Positions 8,851 through 17,693 of a stretch of 45,063 bases of DNA are shown piece by piece. This DNA comes from a virus (lineage: Duplodnaviria; Heunggongvirae; Uroviricota; Caudoviricetes). The translations under genes were made by a program, and so were the position numbers. The notes below the pieces were generated by a model. That model searched no databases. It had not been told where the DNA came from and was given only the letters and a program-made list of their open reading frames with translations. The stretch spans positions 1 through 45,063 of IMG/VR virus record IMGVR_UViG_3300031998_000001; one strand, 5' to 3'. Position 1 is the stretch's first letter. The number at the start of each line of letters is the position of its first letter.

Positions 8851-9912
8851 ATGAGCGACAGCAAGAAGTCAGACTATGAGAATGATTTGCTGAAGGAGTT
8901 TGCGAACTCCCCAGTGAACGGCGGTGAAACCGCGCAGGACAACGCCGTAAAGACCGACGAGGGCGGAAAGGTAACAAGTCTCGGTAGCGTCGATATGCGC
9001 AAGTACAGGGGCGATGACGACCCAGAGATAAAGCAGATGCACGACCTGCTCGACTATGTGCCACTTGAAATGAGTGCTATGCCGACAAGGGGGCGTTTCT
9101 ATCAGGACGACACGAGGATTTACATCCGTGCTGCCCGCGTGGGCGAAGTGCGCGAGTTCTCTATGGTGGACGAGGAGAATCCGAGCGATGTAATCGACAA
9201 GATGGTTTACATCCTCGCAAGTTGCACGAAGGTAATGTCGGGTAACTTGCAGGTGAGTTACAAGGATATGCTCGACCACGACAGGTTCTATGTGTTCAAG
9301 CGCATAAGCGAACTCACATTCAAGCACGGTGAGACGCAGATACAGTTGCCTGTTCCCGCAGATGCCTGCAAGACACCGGGTTGCAAGCCACAGAAGTCAA
9401 TCATATTCACGAGCGATATGCTACAGCACGCGGAGTTAGACCCGATGCTTGAAAAGTATTACGATGCCGACAACAAGTGCTACAGCATCCGTACCAAGAC
9501 ATACGGCACTATCCAGATTGCGCCTCCGACAATCGGTGTCGCCACCGCAATAAAGCAGTGGGCTTTGGAAAGGGCGCAGGAGAAGAAGGAGTGGGACCCG
9601 TCGCTCGTGCAGATGATACCGTATATCCAGCGCGACTGGAGAAGGCTGAACGACAAGGACATCTTCAAGTTGGCTACCGAACTTGCAAGTTGGGACATAA
9701 CCAAGTTCAACATTGCTTACCGTTTCATTGAGATACTTAACACTACGGCTGGAAGTTCGCCTATACTGAAGGCTAAATGCGAAAAATGCGGTGGGGATTT
9801 GGAAGTCCCCCTGACCTTTCAAAGTGTCACTGGAGAAAGCGGCGAGACAACGGGAGGAATTAAGCAGTTCTTTGTACCAACTCTTCAAAATATCGCTGGA
9901 GAACTTCTTTAA
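8851..9912 (+). CDS. T4 gp26-like baseplate hub / tail assembly protein
   Basis: MPTRGRFY..IYIRAARVGEVREF, IAPPTIG, CxxC (CEKC) near the C-terminus. Confidence 0.6.
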   Translation: MSDSKKSDYENDLLKEFANSPVNGGETAQDNAVKTDEGGKVTSLGSVDMRKYRGDDDPEIKQMHDLLDYVPLEMSAMPTRGRFYQDDTRIYIRAARVGEVREFSMVDEENPSDVIDKMVYILASCTKVMSGNLQVSYKDMLDHDRFYVFKRISELTFKHGETQIQLPVPADACKTPGCKPQKSIIFTSDMLQHAELDPMLEKYYDADNKCYSIRTKTYGTIQIAPPTIGVATAIKQWALERAQEKKEWDPSLVQMIPYIQRDWRRLNDKDIFKLATELASWDITKFNIAYRFIEILNTTAGSSPILKAKCEKCGGDLEVPLTFQSVTGESGETTGGIKQFFVPTLQNIAGELL

Positions 9913-10165
9913 GACGCAGGTGATACTGTTCGAGAAACTCAATATGCAGAGGAGCGAACTTCACGCGATGCCGTTCTACGAGTACGAATACACTATCGAC
10001 TACTATCAGGAGATAATGGAAGAAAGGCGCAAGGCGGAAGAGGAACAGCAGGGCGAGTACGAGAACAAGTACAATGTTCAGGAGCAGAGCCAGAGTATGA
10101 TGAATCAGGCGAAGAGCAACTTCAAGATGCCGACCGTGCCTAATTTCACAATGCCTAAAATCTAA
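9872..10165 (+). CDS. T4 gp51-like baseplate hub assembly protein (start uncertain: TTG 9872, ATG 9944, or frameshift from the upstream gene)
   Basis: SLENFFKTQ..LNMQRSELHAMPFYEYE resembles the gp51 SL.NYY...E.ENM.P.E pattern; overlaps the gp26-like gene in the +1 frame. Confidence 0.55.
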   Translation: MYQLFKISLENFFKTQVILFEKLNMQRSELHAMPFYEYEYTIDYYQEIMEERRKAEEEQQGEYENKYNVQEQSQSMMNQAKSNFKMPTVPNFTMPKI

Positions 10166-10205
10166 CGGCTGTGTACGGACATTGCATATTTTGGAAAAAA
10201 GACAC

Positions 10206-10247
10206 GCGGGGCGGTGCAGTCCGAGCAATCTCGGACGCACTTTCCGC
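10206..10247. terminator. GC-rich hairpin, possible terminator or processing site
   Basis: GTGC-A-GTCCGAG caat CTCGGAC-GCAC with outer GCGG/CCGC; no long U tract. Confidence 0.5.
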
Positions 10248-10253
10248 CAGTCA

Positions 10254-10261
10254 TATAAATA
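10254..10261 (+). promoter_or_regulatory. Late promoter TATAAATA
   Basis: Exact consensus 30 nt before ATG 10291. Confidence 0.75.
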
Positions 10262-10290
10262 CTATGTACTAACCTCTAAAACTAACAGAG

Positions 10291-11214
10291 ATGACGGAAG
10301 CAAAGTTCAAGGCAGGGGACAAGGTTCAGTTCCGTCTTGAATACAAGACATACGACGGGGTGATACGCAACATTGACCGATACGGCACCGTTGACTTCCC
10401 GAACGAGCCGAACTACGACATACTTGTCGAGTCCGAGAACTGCATATTCCAGCACATACGCGAAGGTCTAATCGTAAAAAATCAAATACTTATGAGCGAA
10501 GAAAAGAACACGAAGGTCGTCTATGACTACCTTCACAGGTCGGATGTCATAGGGAAGCAGATATGCGACACCCTTGACTATATGTACAGCATTGCACGCC
10601 CTCTCCCAGACAAATCGTTTATGGAGATGTGCAAGGAGATTGAGGAGGAAAGGAAAGCCGCCAACGGTGACGAGAACTGGCGCAAGGACTACTGCAACGG
10701 CAGGTATCTCTTTCCGTGCGACTTCTTCTATGTTCCGTTTGAAGTCCAGAAGGCTGTCCGCGAGAACAGGCAGGAGGCATACGGCATAGAGTACCACTGG
10801 GACGAGGATATGAAGTCCCTCATTGAGTTCCTCTACACAGGCGGAGGTCTCAACGAGGTATGCACGCCTACCGAATGGAGTCGCGGGGAGAATGTACGCC
10901 ACTGCGAGCCTGTCGAGACAATAGACAAGATTATAGGCGAGGAGGCTGCCCAGAAACTCAAGGAAGTCCTTGAGGGCTACCACCGCACATACCGCTGGGG
11001 GCTTCGCGAGGTCAACCAGTTTATGTCGCTCGTATGGTCTGCGCCGAGCACGAACAGGAAGAATGTGGTCAAGGCTTGGAAGGAATCTTTCGGCATCGAC
11101 ATCAAACTTCCAGACGACAAGGACTGGGTTGACATATACGATGAGAGCGAGTACGATGATGTGGTTACGGAGGAAACCGCACCCGAAACAACCGACACAA
11201 GCACGGAGGAATAG
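10291..11214 (+). CDS. Hypothetical protein; small SH3/KOW-like N-terminal domain fused to a larger domain (possible internal start 10492)
   Basis: KFKAGDKVQF start; AT-rich AAAAAATCAAATACTT-ATG at 10492. Confidence 0.75.
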   Translation: MTEAKFKAGDKVQFRLEYKTYDGVIRNIDRYGTVDFPNEPNYDILVESENCIFQHIREGLIVKNQILMSEEKNTKVVYDYLHRSDVIGKQICDTLDYMYSIARPLPDKSFMEMCKEIEEERKAANGDENWRKDYCNGRYLFPCDFFYVPFEVQKAVRENRQEAYGIEYHWDEDMKSLIEFLYTGGGLNEVCTPTEWSRGENVRHCEPVETIDKIIGEEAAQKLKEVLEGYHRTYRWGLREVNQFMSLVWSAPSTNRKNVVKAWKESFGIDIKLPDDKDWVDIYDESEYDDVVTEETAPETTDTSTEE

Positions 11215-11216
11215 GC

Positions 11217-11417
11217 GTGAAGGTTTTTCTTTTGATATTCACTATATTCTGGGGCATATTGTTCCTGACTATGTTCATATACCGTAGTTACTTTATGATA
11301 TATGCCCTGAAGAACAAGACGACATTCGAGGACAAGACATTGTGGGCGGCGGGGGCGATAGTGCTCCTGTTCTCCATACATCTTGGCTTTCTGCTTGTCG
11401 TGTGCGGGGTTATCTGA
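11217..11417 (+). CDS. Small membrane protein (two TM segments)
   Basis: Two hydrophobic stretches; tightly packed with neighbours. Confidence 0.7.
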   Translation: MKVFLLIFTIFWGILFLTMFIYRSYFMIYALKNKTTFEDKTLWAAGAIVLLFSIHLGFLLVVCGVI

Positions 11418-11419
11418 CG

Positions 11420-11680
11420 ATGGGAAGCGAACTTACACGGGAGGAGAAGTCACTGGTCTGCCAGATTGCAATGGACGAGGAAACGGGCAACAATCTGCTC
11501 CGTTCCCGCAGTGCCGAATACTGCGAGATGTGCAGGCGCATATATTCTATGCTCGATGACTTCGACACGACACCCCGTTCAAGCGCGGACACCGAACTGC
11601 TCGAATGGTACAGGGCGGTGAAAGACCCCGAAGAAATGAAAAGGTACAGGGCGAAGTACGAAACGCCCTGCGCAGTCTGA
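11420..11680 (+). CDS. Hypothetical protein
   Basis: ATG 11420 lies two nt after the previous stop. Confidence 0.65.
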   Translation: MGSELTREEKSLVCQIAMDEETGNNLLRSRSAEYCEMCRRIYSMLDDFDTTPRSSADTELLEWYRAVKDPEEMKRYRAKYETPCAV

Positions 11681-11699
11681 AATAATATTTTTTAATCAA

Positions 11700-12821
11700 A
11701 TGAGAAGAGGAAGAAAGATAGTCGATAGCAAGGGCAATGTGTACGAAACAGTAAACGGTCTTGGCAAGGCGATAGGCGTATGGGATACTACGATTACGAG
11801 GAACATAGAGAGGTTCGGCTCGTTCGTCCACAACGGGCTTGTGTACCGTTTTGACGATACCGTCACGACGACGGCGACCGAAGCCGACAGTGCGGCGGAG
11901 GACATAGACCAGAAGGAACTCGACGAGTTCCGCCGTATGAAGGATGTGAAGGGGCTTGGCTTTACCCAGTATTCGTTCAACTACGGTGGCTTTGACGGAA
12001 AGAGCAGGCGTTATGCGGTAGCCCTGTTCTCGGATGCGCACATAGAGGAGACGGTTAACGCGAACTCTGTTCTTGGGCTTAACAGGTACAACATCGAGAT
12101 TGCGGAGGAGCGCATACAGAAATACTTTGTAAATCTGGTGAACTGCATCAATGTGGACGAAGTTGACGAACTCATATTCGCGAGCCTCGGTGACACGATT
12201 TCGGGATACATACACGAGGAACTTGCCGAGTGCAACGGGCTTTCGCCCATTGAGGCGACATACAAGGCGCAGAGCCTCATATACTCTGGGCTTGAATATA
12301 TCTGCAACAACACGAAACTCTCGTCGATAAAGTTCATAGGGATTGTCGGCAACCATTCGAGGACGACAAAGAAAATCCATCACTCCAACGGCTTCAAGTT
12401 GAGTTACGAGTGGCTTATGTACAAGAACATAGAGGAGCATTGCAAGATGTCGGGCTTGCCGATAGAGTTCGCAATACCCGAATCCGAAGTCGCTGTCGTG
12501 AACACGCCAGACAACAAGAAGTTCATATTCGCGCACGGCTTCCAGATAAAGACCAGCGGCACGGGTACGGTGTGCGGGATATATCCAGCACTCAACAGGC
12601 TCTCTATGAAGTGGAGGCAGGTGTTCAGTCAGGACAGGGTGTTCATCGGGCATTTCCACCAGTGGGTGTCCATCAGCAACGCGGTGGTCAACGGCTCTAT
12701 AATCGGCTACAACCCCTACGCCCTCTCCAACGGTATGGCGTTTGAAGAGCCTTGCCAGTATTACTGTGTCTATGACGAGGAGATGGGGGAGATGCTTGAA
12801 CGCAAGATATATTGCAAGTAA
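11700..12821 (+). CDS. Calcineurin-like metallophosphoesterase with small N-terminal HTH-like domain
   Basis: LFSDAH, LGD, VGNH, AHG and GHFH motifs. Confidence 0.85.
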   Translation: MRRGRKIVDSKGNVYETVNGLGKAIGVWDTTITRNIERFGSFVHNGLVYRFDDTVTTTATEADSAAEDIDQKELDEFRRMKDVKGLGFTQYSFNYGGFDGKSRRYAVALFSDAHIEETVNANSVLGLNRYNIEIAEERIQKYFVNLVNCINVDEVDELIFASLGDTISGYIHEELAECNGLSPIEATYKAQSLIYSGLEYICNNTKLSSIKFIGIVGNHSRTTKKIHHSNGFKLSYEWLMYKNIEEHCKMSGLPIEFAIPESEVAVVNTPDNKKFIFAHGFQIKTSGTGTVCGIYPALNRLSMKWRQVFSQDRVFIGHFHQWVSISNAVVNGSIIGYNPYALSNGMAFEEPCQYYCVYDEEMGEMLERKIYCK

Positions 12822-12848
12822 TTTCTTGTCATTTCATTCTATATCGAG

Positions 12849-12882
12849 AAAGCCCGACTGGAAACAATCGGGCTTTTTCTTT
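12849..12882. terminator. Bidirectional intrinsic terminator between convergent genes
   Basis: AAAGCCCGA..TCGGGCTTT stem followed by a T run. Confidence 0.8.
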
Positions 12883-12898
12883 GAAACAACGAGAAACG

Positions 12899-13174
12899 CT
12901 AATTTATCTTCTTGTAGTCCTTCGGGACGCAGATGTTCGTGAAGTCCCTTATGTACTTGACACCATCCACAAGTTCCACGAGTATCGGGGTGATTTCGTC
13001 AATGAAGCCCCTCATCTTCTCGTTCTGGAGCATATACAGGCTCACATTGTCCCGCAGGAGCGTCTTCGAGTAGTCGTGCCCCGTGAAATGCACAATCCAG
13101 TCCTGCTCCCTCACTCCGTTCGTAAGCGGGGAGAAACCGCGATACTTGTTCGTCTTTCTTATCTCCGTACTCAT
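12899..13174 (-). CDS. Hypothetical protein, probably baseplate-associated
   Basis: ATGA overlap with the gp6-like gene. Confidence 0.7.
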   Translation of the reverse strand: MSTEIRKTNKYRGFSPLTNGVREQDWIVHFTGHDYSKTLLRDNVSLYMLQNEKMRGFIDEITPILVELVDGVKYIRDFTNICVPKDYKKIN

Positions 13175-14928
13175 ACGCCAAGCAATTTATTGAGTTTCTT
13201 CTGTTGCATAGTGTTGTAGAGGCTGTCCTCCGTCTCCTTCGTGAAGAGTATGGTAAGCCCGCACAGGTCGGTGTCGGTAATCTCCGACTTGTATTCGTTC
13301 CCGTAGCGGTCAGTCCACCCGCCCCTTATTATCGCTATCGTGTTATCTTCAAGTTTGATGTCCCCGAAGCCGTCAAGCCCCAGTTGCGGGTCTTCCCCCT
13401 CCTTGAGCATAATCTTCTTCGTGTATGTCTCGTGGAGGTGCGTGTTCGGGTTTATCTGGTCGTACTTCTTTATGTAGTAGCCGTTGCGTATAGCCTGCTC
13501 GTTCTCCTCGCTTATGAAATAGACATTCACCCCGTCAACACCCTCTATGCCCTCGATGAGTGCTATCAGGTCGGACTTCGGTATGAAGTCCGTGCGGTTT
13601 ATGTTGAGGAAGTATGCGTTGAGTTTCTCCCTTATCTTCGCCCTTATAGCCGACTTGTCAGCCTTCTGAAACCAGCGGAGCGTTATCACGAGGGCATATC
13701 TTCTTATGTCGTAGTCGTTTATCACGACCTCCGTGCTTATGAGTTGCTGACCGCTGTCGTCAAGGCACTGGATTATGCCGTCCTTTTCCTCGCCCGTGAG
13801 GACATATTCCTCCTCTGGGAGCGTGAAGTAGTCGTATCCTCCGCTTGCGCTTACCTTTGCCTTTATGTTCGGGAGTATTTGCAGATATACAACATTGTCG
13901 TCGTCGAGGTAGCCGTCGTCCTTCGTGTTGTATGCGTTGACGAATGCGAACTGCGAGAACTTGCTCAAATACGATATGTACGACTCTGGTGTCGCCAGCA
14001 CGAAGTTCTTGCTCGTCTTCGGTGCGAGAAGCCTCGTGAGTTCAAGTGATTCGTAGTCGCTTCCCATTGACGGCGGGACTACCGTGCTTGCCGAAAGCAC
14101 ATCGTTCAAGTCCAAGTCCTCCCCGTTTATGTCGAAACCGCCAGTGCTGAACTTGTACCCGAAGTTCCCGCCAGAGAGGTTTCCAGACGCTCCGTTGTGA
14201 AGCACATACTCTACGGTTATGTTGTTGCCCGCCTCTGGTATCTTGCCGAAGTCCCCGTTGCCGAAGTATATGCCAAGCCCCATATTCGCGGATGTACGGC
14301 ACATAAACTGGTGTCCGTCCATAGTCATATCCCACAGGCTCGCTACCTGCGTCCATTCCTCCCCGTTCACGAATACGCGGACTCTCGTGTGGTCGGTCAT
14401 ACCCTTTTCGTTCACATTGTAGGTCTGGAGTTTCTCCCCGCTCGCCGTGAACGAGGAACTTGACCGAAGCCCCTGCACGAACTCCACATTCACAGGCTCT
14501 TCCCCGTTGCGGAGTATGATGTAGTCCTGACCGAGATTGAGGTAGTAGAGAAGCCCGTTCTCGTCTATTGCGAACTCGGAATAGTTCATAACCTTCACGC
14601 AGTCCCCGTTCTCAATCTTCGCTGGGTTCGTTTTCAACGCCACCTGCCCGCTCGCCGCGCTTCCCCGCCACGGGTCGTGCCCCGTGAGCATAGCCAAGCC
14701 CTGTATTCCAGCCCTCGTCTGTGCGGTCTGCATATTGAGTTCCGCCGCAGCGTGTTCGAGGTAGAGGAATATATGCTCCGAAATCGAGGCAATCACATCG
14801 AGCAGTTGCCCGCTCGGTGATGACGGCACAAGCACGGCATCGCTCGCCTCGTATGTCTTGACGAGGTAGTTGTAGCAATCCTTCAGTATGTCTATCGCCT
14901 TTACACGGCTACTGTCAATGTAACTCAT
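13171..14928 (-). CDS. Baseplate wedge subunit (T4 gp6 / baseplate J-like)
   Basis: GQLLDVIA, TAQTR..LAMLTGH, IYFGNGDFGKIP, VEYVLHNG..GN, GSDYESLE, IEGIEGVDGV. Confidence 0.8.
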   Translation of the reverse strand: MSYIDSSRVKAIDILKDCYNYLVKTYEASDAVLVPSSPSGQLLDVIASISEHIFLYLEHAAAELNMQTAQTRAGIQGLAMLTGHDPWRGSAASGQVALKTNPAKIENGDCVKVMNYSEFAIDENGLLYYLNLGQDYIILRNGEEPVNVEFVQGLRSSSSFTASGEKLQTYNVNEKGMTDHTRVRVFVNGEEWTQVASLWDMTMDGHQFMCRTSANMGLGIYFGNGDFGKIPEAGNNITVEYVLHNGASGNLSGGNFGYKFSTGGFDINGEDLDLNDVLSASTVVPPSMGSDYESLELTRLLAPKTSKNFVLATPESYISYLSKFSQFAFVNAYNTKDDGYLDDDNVVYLQILPNIKAKVSASGGYDYFTLPEEEYVLTGEEKDGIIQCLDDSGQQLISTEVVINDYDIRRYALVITLRWFQKADKSAIRAKIREKLNAYFLNINRTDFIPKSDLIALIEGIEGVDGVNVYFISEENEQAIRNGYYIKKYDQINPNTHLHETYTKKIMLKEGEDPQLGLDGFGDIKLEDNTIAIIRGGWTDRYGNEYKSEITDTDLCGLTILFTKETEDSLYNTMQQKKLNKLLGV

Positions 14929-14938
14929 ATTCCAATCG

Positions 14939-15358
14939 TTATATCTCTGGGTTATTCAGTTCAACATTGTTGTCGTACCATACAGCCACATAGTACGGAG
15001 GTTCTATTTCAAGCCTGTCCCTTATCTCCGAAGTGAGGAGTATGTACTGCTTCAGGAAGTCCTTGCTCTTCTGGTCAACCACTCGGAACTTGCCCAACTT
15101 CATCTTTGAGGTGTCGGGTATGTTCGTGTCCGCCACAAAGAAGTTCGGGCAGAAGTTGGCTTGCATAAGGAAGTATGTCTTGCAGGAGTTGTGGTCTTCG
15201 TCCTTCCCCCCTATGTAGATGTTGACGGTGGTTTCGTCCCCCTGCTTGTCAACCCGTATGTTGTCCTTGTCCTTCAATGCGTCCGCAACATCGAGGAGCG
15301 CATCAAAGTCGTCAGCCACCGAAAGGCTCTCGTTGAACTCTCTGTAAGTCTTTATCAT
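14939..15358 (-). CDS. Hypothetical protein with capsid-targeting-like leader MIKTYREFNES
   Basis: Leader very close to T4 IPII/IPIII MKTYQEFIAE; late promoter at 15388-15395. Confidence 0.8.
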   Translation of the reverse strand: MIKTYREFNESLSVADDFDALLDVADALKDKDNIRVDKQGDETTVNIYIGGKDEDHNSCKTYFLMQANFCPNFFVADTNIPDTSKMKLGKFRVVDQKSKDFLKQYILLTSEIRDRLEIEPPYYVAVWYDNNVELNNPEI

Positions 15359-15387
15359 CTGTTATGGTTTTTATGCTATATATAACT

Positions 15388-15395
15388 TATTTATA
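15388..15395 (-). promoter_or_regulatory. Late promoter TATAAATA
   Basis: TATTTATA on the + strand; the 18-nt context TATAACTTATTTATATGT is identical to 16881-16898. Confidence 0.75.
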
Positions 15396-15403
15396 TGTGG
15401 CAG

Positions 15404-15445
15404 AAAAACGGGCGCACCAGAAGATGCGCCCGCGCCGTTTTTTTT
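15404..15445 (-). terminator. Intrinsic terminator (possibly bidirectional)
   Basis: CGGGCGCA/TGCGCCCG stem with an A run on the left and a T run on the right. Confidence 0.65.
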
Positions 15446-15455
15446 CTTGCCCAGA

Positions 15456-16427
15456 CTATCTGTCGAATTTCCTGCCCAGTGCTATGCGTTCGCCCAGACT
15501 TGATGTCGGGTGCATCGACTGGTAGTTCCTGATTATGTTCGAGAACGCCCGCCCCTTGTACGAGAAATGTCGCCAGAGCGATGATATGAACTTCGCAACG
15601 CCTTCTTCGTTTTGTGCGTCCGTGTTGCTGTATGTCGCTTCGAGCCAGTTGACCAGACGCGAAATGTCTTCGGCTGGCGGTGCGTTGAACTCGTTGAAGT
15701 TTGAGAAGTATGTCGCGAGGCACTTGCACGCATCCTCCCTGCTTGTACGCGGGAGCGTGTTTTCGCGTCCGCTTATGACTGCATTCCATATCCTCTTGCC
15801 TTCCGCTTCGCTGTCATACGGGCTTGCGCTTTCCCTTACCGCGTTGATGTCGAAGTCATCGGCTTTCACGATGTGTATGTTTTCGTATCCAATCCTCTGG
15901 AGTTCGGATATGAGTGCGCTTACTTCGCGCGCGTCGTTTTCCGATACTTCGCTCGTGTCGTTGAGCATATAGTCCACCGAAGCGTCGGAGTGCTGACCTA
16001 TGTGCGAATAGCATCCGATGTACTTGCCGTTTATCTGCTCTGGGAAGAAAGCGACAAGTTGTCCGTCATCTTCCCTTCTTATGATTACTGGCGTACCGCT
16101 CCTGTTGTAACTTTCGTTCATCGACTGCTCGAAATTGCGTTCGAGCGCGTTTATCGCGGATTTCCTGAAGTCGCCCCACCAGTCGTTGAATGTGAGAGCG
16201 TCCTCCACGGTAACGACCTTCTTGTATTCCTTTCTGGCATCGGATTCCAATGCGTCCACGAGTTGTTCAGCCTTTCTGTACTTCTTCGGGTTGTCGGCAA
16301 TCGCCTGCGCAGCGGTGTCGAAGAACCATCCCTGAACCTTTACTATCTGCGCCCTCGCCTTTATAGCGGACAACAGACCTTCGTTCATAAAGTCCGTCAT
16401 TTCGTTTATCCTCTTGATGTGTACCAT
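15456..16427 (-). CDS. Three-domain putative virion-internal polyprotein (leader MVHIKRINEM..MNEG; internal MNES and VRES)
   Basis: Domains are separated by x-x-E-S motifs; the C-terminal domain resembles the C-terminus of the 2675..5437 ATPase. Confidence 0.8.
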   Translation of the reverse strand: MVHIKRINEMTDFMNEGLLSAIKARAQIVKVQGWFFDTAAQAIADNPKKYRKAEQLVDALESDARKEYKKVVTVEDALTFNDWWGDFRKSAINALERNFEQSMNESYNRSGTPVIIRREDDGQLVAFFPEQINGKYIGCYSHIGQHSDASVDYMLNDTSEVSENDAREVSALISELQRIGYENIHIVKADDFDINAVRESASPYDSEAEGKRIWNAVISGRENTLPRTSREDACKCLATYFSNFNEFNAPPAEDISRLVNWLEATYSNTDAQNEEGVAKFISSLWRHFSYKGRAFSNIIRNYQSMHPTSSLGERIALGRKFDR

Positions 16428-16445
16428 ATCAATCAGTTTATATTA

Positions 16446-16862
16446 TTATTCTTCTGCAAGTCTTTCGTGGACTTCCTTTATCCCCCTGTAAATCTGGAGG
16501 AGTTTAAGTATCTCAATGTCGTTTATTGAAACTTCCTTGCCTCCGTTGCATACTACCGCGAAGTCGTTTGCATCGCGCTTGCGTATGCCTTCCAATGTAA
16601 ACGGTGATGTGGAATCTTCTATGACGACCATTCCGTATATGCTTGAGTTGTCGAAGTCGTTTGCTATGTCGAGATATCCGCCACGCATTTGTACGACTAC
16701 CGCGTTTATGCACTTCGCTATGGATTCGCGCAGTGTTTCCGCTCTTTCGATATATCTGTCTATCTTCGCCCCGTCCTTGCTGAACACCTCCGTCAAGCCG
16801 TCGAGTGCTTCGTCCACTCTGGCTTGCGACCTGTATTCCTCGAATGTTTTTATTCGTACCAT
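16446..16862 (-). CDS. Hypothetical protein with leader MVRIKTFEEY..VDEA
   Basis: Leader motif; late promoter at 16888-16895. Confidence 0.8.
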   Translation of the reverse strand: MVRIKTFEEYRSQARVDEALDGLTEVFSKDGAKIDRYIERAETLRESIAKCINAVVVQMRGGYLDIANDFDNSSIYGMVVIEDSTSPFTLEGIRKRDANDFAVVCNGGKEVSINDIEILKLLQIYRGIKEVHERLAEE

Positions 16863-16887
16863 ATTTGATATGTATTGTATTATAACT

Positions 16888-16895
16888 TATTTATA
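16888..16895 (-). promoter_or_regulatory. Late promoter TATAAATA
   Basis: TATTTATA on the + strand. Confidence 0.75.
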
Positions 16896-16911
16896 TGTTT
16901 GTGTGTGAAAC

Positions 16912-16943
16912 AAAAAAAGACGGTACGCATACGCCATACCGTC
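16912..16943 (-). terminator. Intrinsic terminator after the tail tube gene
   Basis: A7 followed by GACGGTA..TACCGTC stem. Confidence 0.7.
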
Positions 16944-16970
16944 CTGTCTTTTCTAACGCGAGTTGTCCTC

Positions 16971-17534
16971 TTACCTTCCGAGACCGATTGTCTGCTCGTC
17001 CCAGCAGTCGCAACGGAACTGTGCCGTGAGGACTGCGCAGTCGTTGGACTTGTAGTCCAAGTCGCCGAGACCGTCCTGCAACTGTCCCATAGGTATCATT
17101 TCCTGCAAGTCAATCCTGCGGTAGATGCTTCCGTCACGGTTGTACTGTACGATTACGCCCGAACCGACATACTGGCGTTTCATAGCCGAAGTGCCTGTCA
17201 ACGGATTCCAGCGCAAATCCCACCACTTTCTCATAGTGGTATATACGAAGTTCTCGTTTGCATCGTCCAAGTTGAGTTCAAATGTTATCGTCAGGTCGAG
17301 GGTGGTCTTTTCGGGGTTGGCTGCGTAACTTCTCGTAGCCTGCTTGTATGACTGCTCCGCAATCGCAACGCTTGGGTTGAGGTCACCGAGACCGCCTACC
17401 GTCTTGACCTGCTCTATAAGTAACGGGTGTCCGCCTGAAGGTGGGAACAATGTTACCTCGAACATCGACTTGAATACGGGTTCCCAGTGGTTGACTGCAC
17501 TCGCCGAGTTTCTAAAATGTGGTAAACCTGCCAT
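16971..17534 (-). CDS. Tail tube protein (T4 gp19-like)
   Basis: WEPVFKSMFEV, LTITFELN, MRKWWDL, KRQYVG..IVQYNRDG, LDY, LTAQFRCDCWDE; 187 aa. Confidence 0.8.
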   Translation of the reverse strand: MAGLPHFRNSASAVNHWEPVFKSMFEVTLFPPSGGHPLLIEQVKTVGGLGDLNPSVAIAEQSYKQATRSYAANPEKTTLDLTITFELNLDDANENFVYTTMRKWWDLRWNPLTGTSAMKRQYVGSGVIVQYNRDGSIYRRIDLQEMIPMGQLQDGLGDLDYKSNDCAVLTAQFRCDCWDEQTIGLGR

Positions 17535-17601
17535 ATTGCTATCAAGTTTTATTATAATTCATCTAATGCGGTGGATACCCATTGCGTACCCAGCCTTATA
17601 T

Positions 17602-17609
17602 TATTTATA
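17602..17609 (-). promoter_or_regulatory. Late promoter TATAAATA for the tail tube gene
   Basis: TATTTATA on the + strand. Confidence 0.7.
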
Positions 17610-17659
17610 AATTTGATTTTTTATGGATTTCGGTCGGAATGATTTTCCTTTCCGAGTGC

Positions 17660-17671
17660 TATTTATAAATA
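17660..17671. promoter_or_regulatory. Palindromic (bidirectional) late promoter TATTTATAAATA
   Basis: Lies between the divergent genes 17534(-) and 17694(+). Confidence 0.75.
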
Positions 17672-17693
17672 ATATATAGTAAAATTTCGGATA

